Below are positions 58,036 to 64,000 of a stretch of DNA of 64,000 nucleotides, one piece after another. Position 1 is the first letter of the stretch, and each line of letters starts with the position of its first letter. Under the pieces are notes generated by a model. It was not told the DNA's origin, did not search any database, and was given only the letters and a program-made list of their open reading frames with translations. This DNA is from an uncultured Porphyromonadaceae bacterium (GTDB lineage: Bacteria > Bacteroidota > Bacteroidia > Bacteroidales > Muribaculaceae), in assembly GCA_947177405.1 (NCBI GenBank), contig CAMWUJ010000003.1, positions 13,427 to 77,426 on the forward strand, written 5' to 3'. A program made the position numbers and the translations under genes.

Positions 58036-59742
58036 TTATTTAAGACTTTTCAAGAAATCTATGATGTTGGCATTGGCGTCGAGTCCGAGCTTCTTGCGCA
58101 GACGGTTACGTGCGGATTCGACGCTTCTCACCTCCCTATATGTGATGGAGGCAATCTCTTTGGTGGAAAGTCCTAAAAGAAGAAACGAACACAATCTTAT
58201 ATCTCGAGGAGTCAATTCAGGATACCGAGTCTCAAGAAGTTTTGTAAAATCGGGATGAACCTTGTCGAAATATTGTCGGAACTCATCTATGGTATTATCA
58301 GAGATATGGTTGAGTTTCGCCACTATCTCTCTTGATTTTGTTTTCTGACTGATATTTTTCATCATCATTTCTGAGAATAGTGAACTCAAGTCTTCGGAAA
58401 CACTCTCCACTCCTTCATGCAGCTTCAGACGGTCGATTGAAAGACTTGTCATCTCACGGTTTAGCCTATCAAGCTCTTCATCACGCATTTTATCATTTTT
58501 GCGATTCGAGACCATCACATAAACCAGGGCCGCAGATAATACAAAAAATAAACAAGCGAATATCCATGTAGTTAATTTCCACCCCTCCCCTACATTGGAA
58601 ACGGATTCCTGTTCACGTTCAAGCTCGTCATGTCTTACCTTCTCCCATTCCTTAAGTCGAAGACGATTCTCTTCATTCCTCAGCGAGTCTTTCAATTTAT
58701 CCCCGATTGAAAGATATTCTGAAGCCAACTTATATTTGCCCTCTTTGGAAGAAATATCGGCTAATATCTTAAGAGAAGATATCTCCAATGGAATGAGACT
58801 TGAACTATTCGCGAGTTTCCAGGATTTCATTCCATACATCTGAGCCGAATCCAGTCGCCCCACCGAAAGATAATACTCGGCGAGCTGCTTGTAAGCATCC
58901 ACTCTTCCCGGCACAAAATTAATGGACTCAAGTCGTTCCATACCATTCTTGAGATAGCTTCTCGCCATCTCCATTTCTCCTATTCTTGAATATAGAGATC
59001 CCAGAGAGATTTGCGTTGAATAAAAATCCTCCGGATTCTCCTCAGCCGTGATATATTGAAGTCCGCTCAAAGAGGCATCAAGAGCCTTCTTAAGTTCATT
59101 TTCCTCATCAAACACTGTGGCGAGATTATTATAATTCAGAAAAATCTCCTTCTTCAATTTTGTCTTAAGATTAATCTGAAGGGCTTTACGGAAATATTGT
59201 TCGGCCATATCATTGCGGCTGCTACGATTATATAATACTCCTATATTATTATATAACATCGCCCTGTATTTATCAAAAACAGTATCTGAACTCAATGTAA
59301 GACCTTTGGAATAATAATCAAGTCCGATCCCGGGCATCCCGGTCTCATCATATGCCGCCCCCAGACCGACATAGATTGTGAAAAGATGTTTCAGGTCTTC
59401 ATTCGCTATTCCACTTCCGGAATTCATCACCTTGCTCTCCTCTTCCAGAAAGCGTATGGCATCTGTGTGACATCCCGTAGAAAATAGATGGTATGAATAT
59501 TCAGATGCAATAGCGTAAACTCTTTTTCTCTCCTCTTCTTTGTCAAGGCTCACCGAATCCAGACGTGCTATTAATTGTTTGGCAAATTTAGAGGTATCAT
59601 TTTTCGCAAATACCTCAATTGTTTTTTTTATCCCATACACCTTGTCGGAAGAATCTCGGCCACATGATAAGTATATAATGGAAATCAGTATCCAGATCAA
59701 TAATATGTAGATTTGTTTTCGGTAAAGCATAACTGATTTCAT
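58036..59742 (-). CDS. membrane-spanning TPR-repeat sensor fused to a LuxR-type HTH DNA-binding domain
   Basis: The likely start is M26 (MKSVMLYRKQIYILLIWILISIIYLSCG, an N-terminal anchor). About 350 aa of TPR-like helical repeats and a second TM helix (LTTWIFACLFFVLSAALVYVMV) follow. A coiled coil is next, then the C-terminal LuxR HTH LTPRDIRLCSFLLLGLSTKEIASITYREVRSVESARNRLRKKLG. Confidence 0.75.
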   Translation of the reverse strand: MKSVMLYRKQIYILLIWILISIIYLSCGRDSSDKVYGIKKTIEVFAKNDTSKFAKQLIARLDSVSLDKEEERKRVYAIASEYSYHLFSTGCHTDAIRFLEEESKVMNSGSGIANEDLKHLFTIYVGLGAAYDETGMPGIGLDYYSKGLTLSSDTVFDKYRAMLYNNIGVLYNRSSRNDMAEQYFRKALQINLKTKLKKEIFLNYNNLATVFDEENELKKALDASLSGLQYITAEENPEDFYSTQISLGSLYSRIGEMEMARSYLKNGMERLESINFVPGRVDAYKQLAEYYLSVGRLDSAQMYGMKSWKLANSSSLIPLEISSLKILADISSKEGKYKLASEYLSIGDKLKDSLRNEENRLRLKEWEKVRHDELEREQESVSNVGEGWKLTTWIFACLFFVLSAALVYVMVSNRKNDKMRDEELDRLNREMTSLSIDRLKLHEGVESVSEDLSSLFSEMMMKNISQKTKSREIVAKLNHISDNTIDEFRQYFDKVHPDFTKLLETRYPELTPRDIRLCSFLLLGLSTKEIASITYREVRSVESARNRLRKKLGLDANANIIDFLKSLK

Positions 59743-59966
59743 TAAGGAGATCTTCAATTGAAGTCTTTTGTAAACTTCCTTGCAAAAATAATAACAATCC
59801 TTAATTTGACCAAACACTCGAGATGGATTTTTATTTTAAAAATATACCTAAAATATATTTCCCCATTTTTACTTTATTATATATTTGTATTCCAGAATAT
59901 TAAAAAAATTTGCCGTAGTTATATATAAAATATTTCATGATTGAAGTAGTGATTTGATAACAAAAA

Positions 59967-59998
59967 TTTGGGAGCAATCAGCTTCATTGCTAATTTTG
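59967..59998 (+). promoter_or_regulatory. candidate Bacteroidetes promoter for the 60057 gene (-33 TTTG at 59967-59970, -7 TAATTTTG at 59991-59998)
   Basis: Matches the TTTG / TAnnTTTG consensus with a 20-nt spacer, 59 nt upstream of the ATG. Confidence 0.4.
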
Positions 59999-60056
59999 TC
60001 ATAATTCAAATTAAAGAAACAGATTTCTTAATAATACCGACACAAATTAATAAAAT

Positions 60057-61667
60057 ATGATAAAATATTTACAAACTGCCATATTCCTATCAGTTGGCGT
60101 TTCCGCCTATGCCTGGACTGTCGGCACTGAGCCGACCAATAAGAGCGTAGTGATCGAGGAATATACCGGAATCCACTGTCCTAACTGTCCGGACGGACAT
60201 AAAAAAGCCACCATGCTTCATCACGCTCATCCTGATAATCTTTTTCTGGTTTCGATACATGCCGGGGCTTTTGCCGAGCCTTCCCGGAACGAGCCTGATT
60301 ATATCACACAATGTGGAAAGGATATCCACGATTATTTTGATGTGACGAGCTATCCGAGTGGCACTGTTAACCGACGTGATGTCGGGAATGGTGTTGTGCA
60401 GGGAAGAAGTGACTGGGGATCATCAGCAAGAGTGATTGCAACGGAGATATCTCCTGTGAATCTCCTCGCATCCTGCTCTTATGATAAGGATAATAGAAAG
60501 CTTGATGTATCGGTCGAAGGATATTTCACCGGTATTATGGATAATCCCTTGCTTACCGTGGAGATCCTTCAAGACAACATACTCGGTCCGCAAAGTGGCG
60601 GCCTGTTGGGAGTGGAGTATCCTCACCGACATATGCTGCGTTCTATGTTGAACGAGGATAGTTTCGGCGATAAGATTCCTTTCACAGGCGAGAACACATA
60701 TTTTTCAAAAGAATATAGCGTCACTCTTCCTGATAATATAGATGGTGTCCCTCTGATCGACTCTGACATTCAGATTCTTGCCTTTGTTTCTGAAGGGAAA
60801 GATGAGATTGTCAAGGCTTCAAAATGTTTCCTGCCCTTAGCTGCTGAAGATGCCGCTTCCAATATTTTCGTGCAGTCAGAACCTCTTTTGTCCATTGGTA
60901 AGAATTATGCGCTCGGATATGTGGAACTCTTTATTGACAATTATTCCTATCAGCCACTTACCGAAGCTACATTTGAAATAAAGCTGAACAATGAAACAAG
61001 CATAATTGATTGGACCGGCAACGTTGCACCCCACCATGAGCAGCTGATCAAAGTGAATCTACCGGCCGCCTGGGAAGGAATAATTGACAGTGACTCCAAC
61101 TCGATATCTATCAAGATGCTTACAGCGAATAATGAGCCCACTGTGCTGGAGGTGCTACCAATAAAATACACCTTTTCAAAGATTTCTGAGATGCCTGATG
61201 AACTGACTGTAAAAATCACAACCGATATAGAAGCTGCCGACAACACTTTCAGAATTATTGACTCCGACGGGAATACTGTAGCTGAATTCGGTCCCTATCC
61301 CGATGGATCGAATAAGACATATGAAGAAAACATAAAATTGGATAAAGGAAAAGTATATGGTTTCGAAGTTGCCGATATGTGGGGCAACGGACTGTATCAT
61401 CCTCGTGGCAGTGTGAAGTTTTACGATAATGATGGAAAAATCCGTGGACAGCTTATGGAAATAAGTGATTTTGGAGTCCGTCATTTCTTCCGCACATCCG
61501 ATGATTCCGGAATCGGTAGCATTGAAGATGATGATGTCTCAACAAAGGAATATTTCGATCTTACGGGCAGAAAGCTTGATAAACCGGCTGAAGGTGTCAC
61601 AATTGTTGTGACCACAAAGCAGGATGGATCAAAAAAGATAACTAAGAAAATCAATAATATCAGATAA
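60057..61667 (+). CDS. Omp28-related thioredoxin-fold protein with a CxxC motif, extra C-terminal domains and a T9SS-like tail
   Basis: Signal peptide. VVIEEYTGIHCPNCPDGHKKA..VSIHAGAFAEP resembles the Omp28-related family. The tail is EYFDLTGRKLDKPAEGVTIVVTTKQDGSKKITKKI. Confidence 0.6.
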   Translation: MIKYLQTAIFLSVGVSAYAWTVGTEPTNKSVVIEEYTGIHCPNCPDGHKKATMLHHAHPDNLFLVSIHAGAFAEPSRNEPDYITQCGKDIHDYFDVTSYPSGTVNRRDVGNGVVQGRSDWGSSARVIATEISPVNLLASCSYDKDNRKLDVSVEGYFTGIMDNPLLTVEILQDNILGPQSGGLLGVEYPHRHMLRSMLNEDSFGDKIPFTGENTYFSKEYSVTLPDNIDGVPLIDSDIQILAFVSEGKDEIVKASKCFLPLAAEDAASNIFVQSEPLLSIGKNYALGYVELFIDNYSYQPLTEATFEIKLNNETSIIDWTGNVAPHHEQLIKVNLPAAWEGIIDSDSNSISIKMLTANNEPTVLEVLPIKYTFSKISEMPDELTVKITTDIEAADNTFRIIDSDGNTVAEFGPYPDGSNKTYEENIKLDKGKVYGFEVADMWGNGLYHPRGSVKFYDNDGKIRGQLMEISDFGVRHFFRTSDDSGIGSIEDDDVSTKEYFDLTGRKLDKPAEGVTIVVTTKQDGSKKITKKINNIR

Positions 61668-61743
61668 GATAAGAATGAAGTCATTCTTATAATCCTGATT
61701 AAAGTTTCTGAATATAATTCTTTATTCTCTAAATATATTGCTT

Positions 61744-63423
61744 ATGAAGAAAATTTTACTTTATGCGGTCGGAGTGCTTGCGGGCACATCCCCTATATAC
61801 GCCGCATGGGGAGATTCCGCTGCCGATGCATTGGAGGTTTTTCCTGCCGGCACGGTATCGTATGGCACAGAGTTAGCGGTCGCGCCTGACGGAGGGGTTT
61901 GGGCCCGAATCTATCACCCCAACACCTCGGAAGCTGCTGATGAAATGGATATCCCCAATGTGGTGTATGAATACAGAGTGCAACATTGGGATAAGGACGG
62001 AAACCCCTCATTCCCGGCCGAAGGCCTGCTGGTGAGCGATTTTAAAAATAAGTCTTACACAGTGGTCAATAATCTTCTCACCACTGATTCAAAAGGGAAT
62101 GCTTTGCTATGTGTGGCCGACTGCAGGAATTCCGCCGGTATGGATACCTCATACACAGCTTACCTTATATCTCCGGAAGGAGAAATGCTCTGGGGAGATG
62201 AAGGAATGGCGATTACTGACCCCTTGAAACCGGTTGATTTCGCAGCCATGATCACAGCTGTGCCCCTTGATGACGGCAGTTTCGTTTTCTCTTGGATACA
62301 GGGTAATAACGAAGGGTACAATCACGTGATGTTGCAGCGTCTTGATAAAAATGGGAATCGTCTCTGGGATGAGGAAAAGGTTTCGATTATGGATGACGTG
62401 AGCAGCTATCCTTATCTTATTCCCTCAGGCGATAACACTTGTATTCTCGTTTATTCCAAAACAACCTCCGATATCATTTATGCCCGGAAAATAGATTTTG
62501 AAGGATCTAATGTCTGGGGAAAAGATACACGGGTATATCGCGGGGGATTCGGATCAACACCTTTGCATACAATTATCCATGTAGTGCCCTCGGGAAATGG
62601 AGGCGCTCTTGTCAGCTGGAATGATGACCGCACCAATTCCCGATATGAGTCTCCATATCTGAGTTATATCACTCCCGATGGCAAATTAGGATTCGGAAAT
62701 GTTTCGGATGAAGGAGATGTGAAACTCGGTTATGCCGGTTGGAGGTGTTTCAATGTGAACGCCGCTCCGGCTTCGGATGGATCCGGATTCTATTGTGCCT
62801 GGAGAGAAACCAATATGGGACAATCCATGCAGGGTCTCAGAATCCAGAAAGTAAATATGGAAGGAGAACTGCTTTGGGGAGACGACGGTATAGATTATGT
62901 ACCTATGGAAGAGAACAGTGTTGGCTATATCTCTATTCAGACTGCCGAAGATAAGGGATGCGTGCTGTTCCATGAGATTTATTATGACTATCATAATCAA
63001 GTGGCTTATGCGAGTCTTATCGATTCTGAAGGGAAAAAAGCATGGGATCAAGGTACAATTGAACTTTCCGAACAAAATCGACAAGCCACGAGTCTGAAAT
63101 CCATCCCTATGAAGGGTGATAAGGCATGGGTGTATTATTGGTCAGACACAGCGCAGGGCGACTCCGATTCCCAATGTTACAGAATGGGATTACTTAACAT
63201 GGATGGCACTTTCGGAATAGCCGGTGCAGGAATCAATTCTATCACCGACGGTTCAGAGATAAGCACAATCGCCAAAGATAATGTGTGCCGGATTTTCGAC
63301 ATCTCCGGCAGATGCATTTATTCATCTGAATCCGGTAACTATGACGCTATTCCAAATCTCCCTGCCGGAATCTACGTAGTGAATACAAAGGATTCAAAGT
63401 CAGAAAAAATAATAATCAAATAA
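61744..63423 (+). CDS. hypothetical secreted repeat (propeller-like) protein with a T9SS C-terminal domain
   Basis: ATG at 61744 (the track start at 61738 is a TTG) and signal peptide MKKILLYAVGVLAGTSPIYA. A six-fold motif recurs: EGEMLWGDEG, NGNRLWDEEK, EGSNVWGKDT, DGKLGFGNVS, EGELLWGDDG, EGKKAWDQGT. The tail is RIFDISGRCIY..LPAGIYVVNTKDSKSEKIIIK. Confidence 0.6.
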   Translation: MKKILLYAVGVLAGTSPIYAAWGDSAADALEVFPAGTVSYGTELAVAPDGGVWARIYHPNTSEAADEMDIPNVVYEYRVQHWDKDGNPSFPAEGLLVSDFKNKSYTVVNNLLTTDSKGNALLCVADCRNSAGMDTSYTAYLISPEGEMLWGDEGMAITDPLKPVDFAAMITAVPLDDGSFVFSWIQGNNEGYNHVMLQRLDKNGNRLWDEEKVSIMDDVSSYPYLIPSGDNTCILVYSKTTSDIIYARKIDFEGSNVWGKDTRVYRGGFGSTPLHTIIHVVPSGNGGALVSWNDDRTNSRYESPYLSYITPDGKLGFGNVSDEGDVKLGYAGWRCFNVNAAPASDGSGFYCAWRETNMGQSMQGLRIQKVNMEGELLWGDDGIDYVPMEENSVGYISIQTAEDKGCVLFHEIYYDYHNQVAYASLIDSEGKKAWDQGTIELSEQNRQATSLKSIPMKGDKAWVYYWSDTAQGDSDSQCYRMGLLNMDGTFGIAGAGINSITDGSEISTIAKDNVCRIFDISGRCIYSSESGNYDAIPNLPAGIYVVNTKDSKSEKIIIK

Positions 63424-63430
63424 TCGCATT

Positions 63431-64000
63431 ATGAAGAAAACGCTAATACTTCTGAGTCTTTCAGCTTTATCCACAGCAGGAGCAAGCGCACAGGCTGTTT
63501 TCGGGTATTCTCCTGAAACAAGCCAATCCCTCTATACTCCCCTCTCCTCTCCTACCGTGATTTATAATGCTGCCGAAAGCGAGGCTCCACTGGATGATGC
63601 AATTGAAAATATTATTTTCACTCCGGCGGGGACAGTAACCGAACAAGGTGCTGTCACCGGATATGAGATCGGTTTTGATTTCCCTTTCGCCGGAGTGGCT
63701 GTCAATTCATTCGCAGTTGCGGGTCAAGGATATATTATTCTTGGTAACGGTGAATTTGAGGTAGATCCCTCCTCTTACGGCAACTTCTTCTCTAAAGATG
63801 GCATTATGAATGCGGCCGGTTGTGTGCCACAACGTGGAGCACGCGGTCTTGAAAACACCGTAATCTCTTATCAAAATACCGATGAAGGTCTTGTGATTCA
63901 ATTCGAGAATTTCGGAATGATGACAACATTCTGGGGAGATTCTACACCGTTCAATATGCAGACCATTCTCTGTAAGGATGGCTCGGTAAAATTTATGTTT
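63431..64000 (+). CDS. hypothetical secreted protein, N-terminal 190 codons; runs off the right edge
   Basis: Not in the track because there is no stop. The ATG at 63431 lies 8 nt after the previous stop. It has signal peptide MKKTLILLSLSALSTAGASAQA and an open frame to the window end. Confidence 0.55.
   Translation, partial: MKKTLILLSLSALSTAGASAQAVFGYSPETSQSLYTPLSSPTVIYNAAESEAPLDDAIENIIFTPAGTVTEQGAVTGYEIGFDFPFAGVAVNSFAVAGQGYIILGNGEFEVDPSSYGNFFSKDGIMNAAGCVPQRGARGLENTVISYQNTDEGLVIQFENFGMMTTFWGDSTPFNMQTILCKDGSVKFMF

Noticed and set aside
1-64000. A search for mobile-element or defence hallmarks: transposase, integrase, restriction-modification, toxin-antitoxin pairs, reverse transcriptase, cas genes.
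   Set aside because: No ORF in the track shows the corresponding motifs (DDE, tyrosine or serine recombinase, RT YxDD, HEPN, PIN and so on). The accessory character of 40.9-64 kb rests only on gene content, not on mobility genes.

Overview
The window looks like a Bacteroidales chromosome. The evidence is Bacteroidetes-type TAnnTTTG promoter boxes, many C-terminal T9SS sorting tails, trpB-E-G-D-C-F-A gene order, and a leuA-leuC-leuD-cimA-leuB operon.

Positions 1-40.7 kb are mostly housekeeping and biosynthesis:
- lpxH-like fragment, a DUF59/SUF protein, two small OM beta-barrel genes and priA.
- A biotin block (bioA, bioF, fused bioG-bioC) running straight into rfbC-rfbB-rfbA.
- A Gly/Asn/Pro/His-rich secreted protein, DUF4250, and a sugar 3,4-ketoisomerase plus DegT aminotransferase pair.
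- A DUF308 membrane protein and an M6 metalloprotease.
- A four-gene minus-strand operon: MBOAT, DHHW, an acidic tail-anchored protein and an AI-2E permease.
- DUF3737, a PatB/MalY lyase and a MATE pump.
- The complete trp operon with a Trp-Trp leader peptide and attenuator, and with trpF fused to trpA.
- The leu operon and cysK.

Positions 40.9-64 kb form an accessory-looking island packed with T9SS cargo. It holds a 762-aa C10 protease-LRR protein and two divergent paralogous GH13 amylases with starch-binding modules. It also holds a BspA-type LRR protein, a 2011-aa C10 protease-LRR giant, a membrane-spanning TPR-LuxR regulator, an Omp28-like CxxC protein, a propeller-like protein and one more secreted protein.

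I found no rRNA, tRNA, CRISPR array, transposase, integrase or recognisable defence or toxin-antitoxin genes.

The least explained signal is a short intergenic repeat family with three copies, two between bioA and bioF and one inside the leu operon. Each locus is enclosed by its own long inverted repeat, and one 36-nt module is flipped between loci. The other candidates for undescribed biology are the MBOAT-DHHW four-gene operon and the regulator-linked T9SS cargo cluster.

All functional calls come from reading motifs by eye. No database search was run.
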